Shown piece after piece: positions 27,876-37,824 of a stretch of DNA of 64,000 bases (the first letter of the stretch is position 1; the number at the start of each line of letters is the position of its first letter). The stretch is from assembly GCA_030682405.1 (NCBI GenBank), contig JAUXOF010000015.1:697-64696 (forward strand), written 5' to 3'. The stretch is from Thermodesulfovibrionales bacterium. GTDB taxonomy: Bacteria; Nitrospirota; Thermodesulfovibrionia; Thermodesulfovibrionales; JdFR-86. The position numbers and the translations under genes were made by a program. The notes beneath the pieces were generated by a model, which saw nothing but the letters and a program-made list of their open reading frames with translations, had not been told where the DNA came from and searched no databases.

Positions 27876-30800
27876 TTATCTTTCCGCGCACCATTTGTAT
27901 GCGTTCTGAAACAGCCTGAGCCAAGGCGATGCCTTTAGCCCCTCCCGCCACTCCTCCGGCATCCATGCCCATTGCCATTTAAGAAACGCCCTTTCGGGAT
28001 GGGGCATTAAGGCAAGGTGCCTTCCGTCAGGGGAGCATAGGGCCGTGATGCCTGAGGGAGAGCCGTTGGGGTTGAACGGATATTTTTCAGTGGGCTCGCC
28101 TTTGTCATCAACATACCTTAGAGGCGCAAGCCCTTGGTCTATGACATGTCCGAATATCTTTTTATCAGGGAAATATGCCCTGCCTTCTCCGTGCGCGACC
28201 CACACGCCAAGGACAGAGCCTTCCATGCCCCTGAGCATTACCGAGGGGCTGGGAAGGATGCGGACAGTTGAGAACCGGGACTCGAACCGTCCTGAGCGGT
28301 TATGTATGAAGCGGGGCTGAAGCCTATCCTCTATGCCCTGCCACGGAACCCATCCGAGGAGGGCCATAAGCTGGCAGCCGTTACAGACACCGAGGCTGAA
28401 CGTATCCGGCCTTAGGTAGAACGCGTCGAACTCGGCCCTGAGTTTTTTATTGAACCTTATCGCCCCTGCCCATCCCTTTGCAGAATCAAGCACGTCCGCA
28501 TAGCTGAAGCCGCCTACGAATGCAACGCCGCTCATGCCTGAGAGGCTTGCCCTTTCCTCCATGAGGTCGGTCATCGTGATGTCCCATGTCTCAAACCCCG
28601 CCATATGGAACGCAGAGGCCATTTCGCGGTCTCCGTTGCTGCCCTCCTCCCGGATTATCGCCACCTTCGGAGGCGCGGCCACGGCGCCTTCAGACGGCCC
28701 TTCGGGCGTAAATGAAAGAATATATTTCGGGCCTGTCCTTTCGCGGATGTTTTCCTTTTCCTCGTCCGCGCACTCGGGGTTTGCCTGAAGCCTCTCAAGC
28801 CTGTGGCCGGTATCTTCCCAGATTTCCCTCAAAGAAGGCATGTCCGTGTCAAGCACAGGCTGGTTGTTTACGGAGATTTTTATAGTTTTTTCATAAACGG
28901 TTTTACCTATTGTCTTAAAAGGCACGTCAGCGCTCTTTAGGATGCCGCATATCCCTTCTTCATCCCTGAGGTCATACTCCATCAAAAGCCCGGCCTCTTC
29001 GGCAAACATGGAGGATATCGCATCCGCACCGGTTTCTACGTTCACATCAAGCCCGCAGTTGCCGGAGAAAGCCATCTCAAGGAGGGCTGTAATAAGCCCG
29101 CCGTCTGATACATCATGGCCTGAAAGTATCAGTCCCTCGTCTATCAGTCTTTGTGTGAGGTTGAACCCTCGTTTAAGAAGCTCCGGGTCTTCCATGTCCG
29201 GGCAGTCATCCCCAATCTGTCCATAGACCTGCGCTAAGGCGCTTCCGCCCAATCTGCATCTGCCCCTCCCCAAGTCCATATAAAGAATCCCGCTTCCGGG
29301 CTTTTTTATGTCCGGGGTTACCGCCTTTGTTATGTCCGGCACAGGCGCGTATGCGGAAATCACCAGAGTCCCCGGCGATTTGACGACCTCTCCGGTCTTC
29401 CCAAGGACAGCCGCCATAGAGAGGCTGTCCTTGCCTCCGTCAACTGCAATGCCGAGGCTGAGCATAATTCGGCTCATTGCTGAGGCTGCATCGTAAAGGA
29501 GCGCGCCTTCTCCCTGAAGTTTTGCAGCCCACATCCAGTTGGCAGAGCATTTTATGTCCTCTATCCTGCTTATTTTTGCCCACACGATGTTTGTAAGTGC
29601 CTCTGCCACTGACATGCGGGCCATTGCACCCGGGTTTATAAGCCCCTTTATGGGCTGCTCTCCTATTGCCGTAGCAGCGCCGGTCAGGCCGAAGTGGCTC
29701 TGGGCTATTACTGCCACGTCAGAGACCGTAAGCTGCAAAGGCCCTGCGCACTGCTGCCTTGCTATGAGGCCGGTAACCGACCTGTCCACCTTGTTCGTAA
29801 GGAACCTCTTTGAGCCTACGGACAGAAGCCTCAGAACGCGTTCAAGCGCGTCCCTGACAGTGAGTCCTTCAGGAAGGGCAAGCGGCTTAACCAAAAGGGG
29901 CATCCGCTTGAGATTGAACGTCTTTTGGGGCATCTCCCCAAGTACCTTGCTGAGTTGGAGGTTGACAGGGGTTGAGCCGTCTTTGCCGTCATAAAGCACG
30001 ACAAAGCCGTCGCCTGTAATCTCTCCCACAAACGCGCACGGGACCTTCTCCCTCCGGCAGATTTCCTCAAACACCGGGGCATGTTCGGGTTTTATAAGGA
30101 GGGCGTTTTGCTCCTGATACTCCGCTCCCCATATCTCAAGCACAGAGAGGGTTATGTCTCCTACGGGAATTTTCCTTACGTCAATCCTTGCGCCTGCCGG
30201 ATGGACTATCTCCTTAAGCACGTTACAGTTTCCGCCAGCGCCTTGGTCATGGATGCTTATTATCGGGTTTCCCTCGCCCATCTCCACGCAGGCGCGGATG
30301 ACCCTGTTTAGTTTCTGCTCCATCTCGGCATCCCCGCGCTGGACCGCGCCAAAGTCAAGCTCCTCTATGTTTTCCCCCTGAATCATGCTTGAGGCAGCGC
30401 CTCCGCCCATGCCGATTCTGTAGGCAGGGCCGCCTATCTTCGTAACGAGCATCCCCTTTTGAGGCTCGCCCTTCCCGGTGTGCCGCGAGTCCATCTGCCC
30501 TATGCCGCCTGTAAACATTATGGGCTTGAGCCACTCCCTGCGGCTGCCGTCCGGGAGCCTCATGCCGAATGAGCGCGTATAGCCCTGTATCACCGGCTCT
30601 CCGAACTTGTTGCCGTAATCCGAGGCTCCGTTGCTGGCCTCTATCTCTATCTCAAGAGGGGGGGCGAGGTTGGCGGGATAGGCAAAGCCTTTGTCCTCCC
30701 ACGGAAGCTCGTACCCGGGGATGAGGAGGTTTCCCACCGAGTAGGCAGCAGTGCCTGCCACTACAAGGCCGCCCCTGCCTGTTGCCTGCACATCCCTGAT

Positions 30801-31748
30801 GCGGCCGCCGGCGCCGGTCTCTGCGCCCGGAAACGGCGCAACCCCGCTTGGGAAGTTGTGGGTCTCGGCAGTGAATATGATGTGATATCTTACGGCCCTC
30901 TCGACAAACCGCGAGGTCTTGCCCGGATGCTCGGGCAGTATGGTTTTTATCTCATAGCCACGGATGGCGCTTGAGTTGTCGCTGAATGCGATGACGCTGT
31001 TTGAGGGATTGGCCTTATAAGGGGACTGCACTATATCCATCAGGGTGCCGGGGATTTCCTCTCCGTCTATGACGAGCCTCCCTTTAAAAAACCAGTGCCT
31101 GGAGTGCTCGCTGTTTGACTGGCTTAAATCAAAGCACTCCACATTGGTAGGGTTTCTCTTCATCGCGCCTTTAAAGAGGCCCAGATAGTAGTCCATGTCC
31201 CAGTCGTCAAGCCCGAGGCCCATCTGCCTGTTTATCCTCTCAAGTGCGGCCATGCCTTCTTCCATGACCGGCACTGCATAAACCGGCTCGGGCAGGAGGC
31301 CGTGTTCAAAGGCGTTAAGCCTCTCAGGATACGGGCATTCGGTCATCCGGTCATAAAGGGGGAGCCGGATTAAATCAACGGCAAGGCCGCCGAGGGGTTT
31401 ATACCTTCTTGAGCACTCTATGCGCGCAATCTTCCTGAGTCCCACGGCATGGCATACGGCCACCGCGTTTGTAGACCATGCGGTCTGGAAATTAAGGCGC
31501 GGGCCTATCTCAAAGGCGTCTTTTAAAAACGGCTCCTTACCGGAGTTCTCCGGCTCAAAGGTCTCGCTCAGCAGCCAGAGGAGCGCATGAAGCTCCTCAT
31601 CGGTCAACGGCTCCGTAACCCCGATATTGAAGCAGTACTCGGCTTCCATGCCCGTTATCCCTGCGCCCTTCTGCACGAGTTTCGCAAGCAGGGCGTTTTT
31701 CCCCGCAGCCGAAAGCGCAGGTATCCTATAGATGTGCATGAGATGCAT
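27876..31748 (-). CDS. purL: Phosphoribosylformylglycinamidine synthase, single-chain large form
   Basis: 1290 aa. FGAM synthetase core plus a C-terminal glutaminase domain (GVCNGCQLM, HGEGR). Confidence 0.97.
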   Translation of the reverse strand: MHLMHIYRIPALSAAGKNALLAKLVQKGAGITGMEAEYCFNIGVTEPLTDEELHALLWLLSETFEPENSGKEPFLKDAFEIGPRLNFQTAWSTNAVAVCHAVGLRKIARIECSRRYKPLGGLAVDLIRLPLYDRMTECPYPERLNAFEHGLLPEPVYAVPVMEEGMAALERINRQMGLGLDDWDMDYYLGLFKGAMKRNPTNVECFDLSQSNSEHSRHWFFKGRLVIDGEEIPGTLMDIVQSPYKANPSNSVIAFSDNSSAIRGYEIKTILPEHPGKTSRFVERAVRYHIIFTAETHNFPSGVAPFPGAETGAGGRIRDVQATGRGGLVVAGTAAYSVGNLLIPGYELPWEDKGFAYPANLAPPLEIEIEASNGASDYGNKFGEPVIQGYTRSFGMRLPDGSRREWLKPIMFTGGIGQMDSRHTGKGEPQKGMLVTKIGGPAYRIGMGGGAASSMIQGENIEELDFGAVQRGDAEMEQKLNRVIRACVEMGEGNPIISIHDQGAGGNCNVLKEIVHPAGARIDVRKIPVGDITLSVLEIWGAEYQEQNALLIKPEHAPVFEEICRREKVPCAFVGEITGDGFVVLYDGKDGSTPVNLQLSKVLGEMPQKTFNLKRMPLLVKPLALPEGLTVRDALERVLRLLSVGSKRFLTNKVDRSVTGLIARQQCAGPLQLTVSDVAVIAQSHFGLTGAATAIGEQPIKGLINPGAMARMSVAEALTNIVWAKISRIEDIKCSANWMWAAKLQGEGALLYDAASAMSRIMLSLGIAVDGGKDSLSMAAVLGKTGEVVKSPGTLVISAYAPVPDITKAVTPDIKKPGSGILYMDLGRGRCRLGGSALAQVYGQIGDDCPDMEDPELLKRGFNLTQRLIDEGLILSGHDVSDGGLITALLEMAFSGNCGLDVNVETGADAISSMFAEEAGLLMEYDLRDEEGICGILKSADVPFKTIGKTVYEKTIKISVNNQPVLDTDMPSLREIWEDTGHRLERLQANPECADEEKENIRERTGPKYILSFTPEGPSEGAVAAPPKVAIIREEGSNGDREMASAFHMAGFETWDITMTDLMEERASLSGMSGVAFVGGFSYADVLDSAKGWAGAIRFNKKLRAEFDAFYLRPDTFSLGVCNGCQLMALLGWVPWQGIEDRLQPRFIHNRSGRFESRFSTVRILPSPSVMLRGMEGSVLGVWVAHGEGRAYFPDKKIFGHVIDQGLAPLRYVDDKGEPTEKYPFNPNGSPSGITALCSPDGRHLALMPHPERAFLKWQWAWMPEEWREGLKASPWLRLFQNAYKWCAER

Positions 31749-31845
31749 GATTTTATATCTTACAAGATTCCCCAGAATAGCTCATCCTGACAGGTCCTTA
31801 CAGGTCACTTGACCTGCTTTGCACAGGCGGGTTTAAAACCCGCCC

Positions 31846-33141
31846 CTACCCCCCGAAGACCCTCTCAAATATATAGTCCACATGCTTGAGGTAATACTTA
31901 AGGTCGAATATCTTTTTAATCTCCGCCGCGCTGAGGCATTTCCTTGCAGCCTTGTCCTTAAGTAGGAGGCCCTGAAAGCCCTGCTTTTTCTTCCAGCTCT
32001 GCATGGCAATACGCTGGACAACGGAGTAAGCGTCCTCGCGGCTCATGCCCTTCTCTATAAGCGAAAGCAGGACGCGCTGGGAGTTATAAAGCCCGTAGCT
32101 CAGTTCCATGTTCCGCTTCATCTTTTCCGGATACACAAGGATGCCCTCAAGTATTCCGTTTAACCTCGTGAGCATGTAGTCAACAAGTATGGAGCTGTCC
32201 GGGATTATCACGCGCTCCACAGAGGAATGCGAGATGTCCCTCTCGTGCCAGAGGGCGATGTTCTCAATGCCTGCCTGGGCATTGGCCCTCACGACCCTCG
32301 CAAGCCCTGTGAGGTTTTCGCACCCCACGGGGTTTCTCTTGTGCGGCATGGCGGACGAGCCTTTCTGCCCTGCTCTAAACGGCTCCTCTGCCTCAAGCAC
32401 CTCGGTCCTCTGAAGGTGCCGAATCTCCACGGCTATCTTTTCCACGCAAGCGGCGGTTATTGCGAGCGCGGAGAGGTACTCGGCATGCCTGTCCCTCTGC
32501 ACGACCTGCGTTGCCACGGGTTCGGGCTTAAGCCCGAGCATCTTAAGCGCCTTTTCCTCTATTGACGGCGGAATGTTGGAGAACGTCCCCACCGCGCCGG
32601 AGAGCTTGCCCACGCTTATCGCATCCTTTGCCTGTCTTACCCTCCGGAGGTTTCTCTGCATGTCCTCGTGCCAGAGGGCGAACTTAAGCCCGGCGGTCAT
32701 GGGCTCGGCGTGCACGCCGTGGCTTCTTCCTATGCACGGGGTGTGTTTGTATTTCAGGGCCTGTCTTTTAAGTGTGGCTGTCAGCGCCCTGAGGTCTTTT
32801 ATGATTATGTCTGCGGCCTGCCTCATCTGGAGGGCAAGCGCGGTGTCCAGAACGTCGGATGAGGTAAGCCCCTTGTGGATGAACCGGGATTCGTGCCCCA
32901 CGTTTTCGGCCACGGAGGTAAGAAACGCTATCACGTCGTGCTTGACAACGGCCTCTATCTCGGCAATCCTTCCAACGTCAAACATGGCCTTTTTCTTAAT
33001 GGCCTCAACCGCATCAATGGGTATCTCGCCCTCAAGCGCCCATGCCTCGCATACCGCAATCTCTACCTCAAGCCACTTCCGGTACTTGCTTTGAAGCTCC
33101 CATATATTGCCCATTTCAGGCCGGGTGTAACGCTCTATCAT
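31846..33141 (-). CDS. purB: Adenylosuccinate lyase
   Basis: Starts MIERYTRPEM and carries the fumarate-lyase signature GSSAMPHKRNP. The ATG at 33141 has GGAGGGG 4 nt upstream, so the listed TTG at 33159 is unlikely. Confidence 0.95.
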   Translation of the reverse strand: MIERYTRPEMGNIWELQSKYRKWLEVEIAVCEAWALEGEIPIDAVEAIKKKAMFDVGRIAEIEAVVKHDVIAFLTSVAENVGHESRFIHKGLTSSDVLDTALALQMRQAADIIIKDLRALTATLKRQALKYKHTPCIGRSHGVHAEPMTAGLKFALWHEDMQRNLRRVRQAKDAISVGKLSGAVGTFSNIPPSIEEKALKMLGLKPEPVATQVVQRDRHAEYLSALAITAACVEKIAVEIRHLQRTEVLEAEEPFRAGQKGSSAMPHKRNPVGCENLTGLARVVRANAQAGIENIALWHERDISHSSVERVIIPDSSILVDYMLTRLNGILEGILVYPEKMKRNMELSYGLYNSQRVLLSLIEKGMSREDAYSVVQRIAMQSWKKKQGFQGLLLKDKAARKCLSAAEIKKIFDLKYYLKHVDYIFERVFGG

Positions 33142-33219
33142 AAGCCCCTCCCCTGACAAGATAGGTTATTAGTATAACAGAAGCTGCCCGCGGGTGCGGC
33201 TGCCGCGCGGCGGCAGAAG

Positions 33220-33258
33220 TTGCCTTTTTAAATTAAAAAATGTTTTAATAATTAGAAT
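33220..33258 (+). promoter_or_regulatory. Candidate MerR-type promoter/operator
   Basis: TTGCCT (33220-33225), a 20-nt spacer, then TAATAA (33246-33251), with an alternative -10 TAGAAT at 33253-33258. The spacer holds the perfect palindrome tttttaa-a-ttaaaaa (33225-33239). Confidence 0.35.
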
Positions 33259-33271
33259 TCGCAGATAAATT

Positions 33272-33706
33272 ATGGGAACGCCGAAAAAAGAATTGACTGA
33301 AAAAGAAAAACTGAGCATGCCGCTCTACCCGATAGGCATTGTGGCGGAGCTGATAGGCACGACCGACCAGACGCTGAGGCTTTACGAGAAGCACGGCCTC
33401 ATCACCCCTGCAAGGCGCAACAAGAACAGGTTTTATTCCGAAAACGACATCAAGTGGCTCAGGTGCATAAGGGAGCTTATCCACACAAAAAAGATAAGCA
33501 TAGAGGGCATAAAAAAGCTCCTCAACTATGCGCCCTGCTGGGAGATGACCCAGTGCTCCGAGGAAAGAAGGAGCGTCTGCTCTGCCTACATAGACAAGAC
33601 CAAGCCCTGCTGGGAGCTTAACCGGATGATATGCAACCGGAATACCGGCAAGATATGCGAGGACTGCGTCGTCTATCTGGCGCATAAGGCCAAAAAAGCG
33701 GTCTAA
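33272..33706 (+). CDS. MerR-family transcriptional regulator with Cys-rich C-terminal domain
   Basis: N-terminal MerR helix-turn-helix (YPIGIVAELIGTTDQTLRLYEKHGL). The C-terminal 50 aa carry 7 Cys and a duplicated PCWE motif. Confidence 0.8.
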   Translation: MGTPKKELTEKEKLSMPLYPIGIVAELIGTTDQTLRLYEKHGLITPARRNKNRFYSENDIKWLRCIRELIHTKKISIEGIKKLLNYAPCWEMTQCSEERRSVCSAYIDKTKPCWELNRMICNRNTGKICEDCVVYLAHKAKKAV

Positions 33707-35082
33707 AGCTGCTTTCTGAGTTCCCCTTCCATAAAATCCCGTATCTTCTTCAGCGACTGCCCGTCCTTTGCCTCAAACCTCATGACAAGCGCGGGCTGGG
33801 TGTTTGACGCCCTTATGAGGCCCCAGCCTTCGGGGAAGTTCACCCTCACACCGTCTATATCAATCACCGGGTAGTCCTTGAAGGACTTCTTAACCCTCTC
33901 TACAATCTCGAACTTTGCCTCGTCCGGGCACTCAAACCGTATCTCAGGCGTAGAGACCATCACAGGCACGTCCTTAAGCAGTGCCTTTACGGAATAGGGC
34001 CTGCCTTTTTCCGCAAGTATCTCCATGAGCCTCAAGCCCGCGTATATGGCGTCGTCGTATCCGAAGTACCTGTCCGCAAAAAATATGTGCCCGCTCATTT
34101 CCCCTGCAAGAAGTCCGCCCGTCTCCGTGAGCTTTTTCTTTATGAGGGAATGGCCGGTCATCCACATGATGGGGTTTCCGCCGCGGGCCTTTATGTCGTC
34201 ATAAAGGGTCTGCGAGCATTTGACCTCGCCTATGATGCTTGCGCCCGGGCTTCTTTTCAGTATCTCCCGTGAAAATATAATCATCAGCCTGTCGCCCCAA
34301 ATGACCTCTCCGTCCTCGTCCACAATGCCTATCCTGTCCGAGTCTCCGTCCCATCCTATCCCCAGATGCGCCTTTTCAGAGCGCACCTTTGCGATGAGGT
34401 CCTTTAAGTTTTCAAGCACCACCGGGTCCGGATGGTGGTTGGGGAACGTGCCGTCCGGCTCGCAGTAAAGCTCTATCACCTCTGCCCCGAGCCTCCGCAT
34501 AATGGCCGGGCCGACGATGCCGCCTGTGCCGTTTCCCGCATCAGCCACAACCTTTATGCCCTTAAGGCTTCCGAACCTGCCTGAAATGTAATCTATGTAA
34601 TCAGGGACGATTTCATGCCGTGTGCGGCTGCCTGAGCCGCTTATCGTCCTGCCTGACTCAAGCACCTTCCTTATGTCCTGAATCATCTCCCCAAAGAGGG
34701 TCTCCTTTCCCATGCTCAGCTTCATGCCGTTGAATTCCGGCGGGTTGTGGCTTCCGGTAATCATCACCCCGCCGTCTACGGCGAGGGTAAAGAGCGAGAA
34801 GTACTGAAGAGGAGTGGGGCATGTGCCGATGTCTATCACGTCTATCCCGCTTGAGAGGAACCCGCGCGTAAGCGCCTCGGAGATTATCGGGGAGCTCAGG
34901 CGCACGTCCCTGCCGATGCTCACGCGGAGCGAGTCTTTTTTGAGGTTTTCCCTCAAGTAAACTGAGAACGCCTTTGCGATTGCTGTAACCGCCTCTTCGG
35001 TCAGGTCCTTCTCCCATACCCCCCTTATGTCGTACTGCCTGAATATCTTTGGGTCTACCATCAGTCCTCCTGTTTTTTTCAA
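33703..35082 (-). CDS. Phosphomannomutase/phosphoglucomutase
   Basis: Phosphoserine loop TGSHNPPEFNG, metal loop GIGWDGDSDR, sugar loop GEMSGH. Confidence 0.9.
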   Translation of the reverse strand: MKKTGGLMVDPKIFRQYDIRGVWEKDLTEEAVTAIAKAFSVYLRENLKKDSLRVSIGRDVRLSSPIISEALTRGFLSSGIDVIDIGTCPTPLQYFSLFTLAVDGGVMITGSHNPPEFNGMKLSMGKETLFGEMIQDIRKVLESGRTISGSGSRTRHEIVPDYIDYISGRFGSLKGIKVVADAGNGTGGIVGPAIMRRLGAEVIELYCEPDGTFPNHHPDPVVLENLKDLIAKVRSEKAHLGIGWDGDSDRIGIVDEDGEVIWGDRLMIIFSREILKRSPGASIIGEVKCSQTLYDDIKARGGNPIMWMTGHSLIKKKLTETGGLLAGEMSGHIFFADRYFGYDDAIYAGLRLMEILAEKGRPYSVKALLKDVPVMVSTPEIRFECPDEAKFEIVERVKKSFKDYPVIDIDGVRVNFPEGWGLIRASNTQPALVMRFEAKDGQSLKKIRDFMEGELRKQL

Positions 35083-35210
35083 GCCTATGTGTGTATATAA
35101 ATTTTACAGGGTTGGGGCGATGAGGTCAATCCGAATCGTTTATATCCTCAAATTATATCACCATGCGGAAATTCTCGCATCAGGCGGCGCATTTATGGTA
35201 TAAGTAAACA

Positions 35211-35921
35211 ATGGCCGCCCGGAAGAGGATACTCGTTGTTGACGACGAGCCGGACATCGTAGAGCTCGTCTCCTATAACCTCAGGAAAGAGGGCTATGAC
35301 GTCTCTTCGGCCTCGGACGGCGAGGAGGCCTTTGGGATGATTAAAAAGGGCGGCTACGACCTCCTGATTCTCGACCTCATGCTGCCCGGCATACCGGGGA
35401 TTGAGCTCTGCCGCATGATTAGGAGCAATCCCGAGACCGCCGGGCTTCCGATAATCATGCTTACGGCAAAGACAGAGGAGATAGACAGGGTGCTCGGGCT
35501 TGAGACCGGGGCCGACGACTATCTTACAAAGCCCTTTAGCCCGCGCGAGCTTGCTGCGCGCATAAGGGCGGTCTTAAGAAGGGCCGTAGGGGCCGCGGCA
35601 AGGCAGCCCGAGGAGGCGGTCGCGCGCATTGGAGACCTCCTCATAAACAAGGAGACCTACCGCGTCACGAAAAAAGGGGCGCCGGTTGACCTGAGCGCAA
35701 CCGAGTTCAGTCTCCTGTTGTTTCTCGTCGAGAGAAAGGGCAAGGTATTTAGCAGAGACCAACTGCTCGATTCCGTCTGGCGCGGAGAGGCGTTTGTGGA
35801 GCCCCGCACCGTTGACGTCCACATAAGGAGGCTCAGGGCGCAGATAGAGGACAACCCCTCAGTCCCTGTTTATATAAAAACAAGGAGGGGCATCGGCTAT
35901 TACGCAAGCCCGGACGTATAA
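35211..35921 (+). CDS. phoB: Phosphate regulon response regulator (OmpR family)
   Basis: Receiver domain (ILVVDDEPDI, DLLILDLMLPG) plus a winged-helix output domain. It lies upstream of phoR-pstSCAB-phoU. Confidence 0.88.
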   Translation: MAARKRILVVDDEPDIVELVSYNLRKEGYDVSSASDGEEAFGMIKKGGYDLLILDLMLPGIPGIELCRMIRSNPETAGLPIIMLTAKTEEIDRVLGLETGADDYLTKPFSPRELAARIRAVLRRAVGAAARQPEEAVARIGDLLINKETYRVTKKGAPVDLSATEFSLLLFLVERKGKVFSRDQLLDSVWRGEAFVEPRTVDVHIRRLRAQIEDNPSVPVYIKTRRGIGYYASPDV

Positions 35922-35923
35922 GA

Positions 35924-37699
35924 ATGAGTTACGGACATCCCCCTGACAGCCTGCCTGCAAAGACCGGCATCTTCAGCCGGATGCTCATAACCTATGCAGT
36001 TGTCTTTTTGTCCTGCGTACTGTTTGTGGAGTTATACATCACATCCGCGGTCAGGAAAAACTATGTCGAGACCCTGACCGAACGCCTCATCACTGAGGCG
36101 AGGCTCATCGCCCCCTCGGTTTCGTTCGGGGCGGAAGGCGGCCTTGACGGCCTCGCAAAGGAGCTTAAGGGGAAGACCGGCGCAAGAATAACGATAATAG
36201 CAGCCGACGGAAAGGTGCTCGGCGATTCGGACACCGACTCCTCGCTCATGGACAACCATGCCGGAAGGCCCGAGATAAGGCAGGCCGTATACTCAGGCAC
36301 CGGACGGGCCATAAGGCAAAGCGGCACAATCAGGCATGACTTCCTTTATACCGCGCTCAGGGTAACGAAAGGCGCAGAGACGGCCGGGGCCCTCAGGCTT
36401 GCCGTGCCGCTCGTGGAAGTGGACAGGGCGGTGGGCAGGCTTAGGCTGGAGATTATACTCGTTGTCGGCCTTGTTCTCGTTGCGGCAGGGGCATTCTCAA
36501 CGGCTCAGATAATGCGCCTCAGAGGTCTCACCCGCCAGATTGCCGGCTTTACCTCAAGCCTCGCCTCCGGAGACCTCGGCAAAAGGCTGCTCTTTGAGGG
36601 TGCGGGAGAGTTCGATGAGATTGCCGGAAACCTTAACGCCATGGCGTCTGAGCTGAAATCCCTAATCTCAAAAAACGACGAAGAGAAGAACCGCCTGAGC
36701 GCGATACTTAAAAGCATACCCGACGCCCTGCTCATAATAGAGCCGAAGGGGACGATATCGCTTGCTTCCTCAGCCTCGCGGGAGTTTTTCGGCTTTAAGG
36801 AGCCTATAACCGGAAAGCCCTTCATAGAGGTAGTGAGGAGCCCGGGGTTTTTCTCTATGATGGAGGAGGCGGGCAGAAGCCTGAGCCCGCAGGAGAGGGA
36901 GCTTAAGATAGCCCGGCCGGGGGAGAAATATCTGACCGTCAGGGTCTCGCCGATATTTTATAAAGAAAGCGTCCTCACGGGCTATGTCGCCCTGTTCCAC
37001 GACATTACCGGGCTTAAAAGGCTCGAAGAGGTGAGAAAGGACTTTGTGGCCAATGTCTCACACGAGATAAAGACCCCGATAACAGCCATAAAGGGGTTTG
37101 CCGACACCCTGCTTGAGGGCGCGGTGGAGGACAGGGAAAACGCCGTTAGATTCCTCAAGGCCATCAAGTCCAACAGCGAGAGGCTAAACAGCCTCGTTGA
37201 CGACCTGATGACAATCTCCGGGCTTGAACTCGGGGCCATCAGGGTGGAGAGGTCCGTCACCGGAATAGAGGACGTATTTGAGGCCGTCTCTTCGATGCTC
37301 TCGGAAAACGCCCTAAAGAAGGGCCTCTGCATGAAGACATACATAAACCCCGAAATAAAAGAGATAACCGCGGATAAAGACAGGCTCATCCAGATACTTA
37401 CGAACCTTGCGGACAACGCTATAAAGTTTACGGAGACCGGGGGCGTCACATTCGGTGCGGACAAGGAAGAGGGCCGCCCCTTTATCTTTGTCGAGGACAC
37501 GGGAATAGGCATACCAAAGAAGCATCTTCCGAGAATCGGGGAGAGGTTCTACCGGGTTGACCCCAGCCGCTCAAGGAAGCTTGGCGGCACCGGCCTCGGC
37601 CTTGCGATAGTGAAGCACTTAGTGCTCGCCCACGGCTGGCATATGGGAATCGAAAGCCGAGAGGGCAAAGGGACTAAGGTAAAAATATTCGTCTCTTAG
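35924..37699 (+). CDS. phoR: Phosphate regulon sensor histidine kinase
   Basis: TM segments, HAMP, PAS, H-box SHEIKTPITAIKGF and an HATPase domain (GTGLGLAIVKH). The phoB stop and phoR start are separated by 2 nt. Confidence 0.85.
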   Translation: MSYGHPPDSLPAKTGIFSRMLITYAVVFLSCVLFVELYITSAVRKNYVETLTERLITEARLIAPSVSFGAEGGLDGLAKELKGKTGARITIIAADGKVLGDSDTDSSLMDNHAGRPEIRQAVYSGTGRAIRQSGTIRHDFLYTALRVTKGAETAGALRLAVPLVEVDRAVGRLRLEIILVVGLVLVAAGAFSTAQIMRLRGLTRQIAGFTSSLASGDLGKRLLFEGAGEFDEIAGNLNAMASELKSLISKNDEEKNRLSAILKSIPDALLIIEPKGTISLASSASREFFGFKEPITGKPFIEVVRSPGFFSMMEEAGRSLSPQERELKIARPGEKYLTVRVSPIFYKESVLTGYVALFHDITGLKRLEEVRKDFVANVSHEIKTPITAIKGFADTLLEGAVEDRENAVRFLKAIKSNSERLNSLVDDLMTISGLELGAIRVERSVTGIEDVFEAVSSMLSENALKKGLCMKTYINPEIKEITADKDRLIQILTNLADNAIKFTETGGVTFGADKEEGRPFIFVEDTGIGIPKKHLPRIGERFYRVDPSRSRKLGGTGLGLAIVKHLVLAHGWHMGIESREGKGTKVKIFVS

Positions 37700-37824
37700 C
37701 CCTGAAACTCCTTTCATCAGAATCTTAACCCCTTCTTAATAATCCCGTAACATCGTCCCGCTAAACTATAAGGAGACGGACTTCCGCAAGGGCGGATATT
37801 CTGATAAGATGCAGAAAAGGGGAT

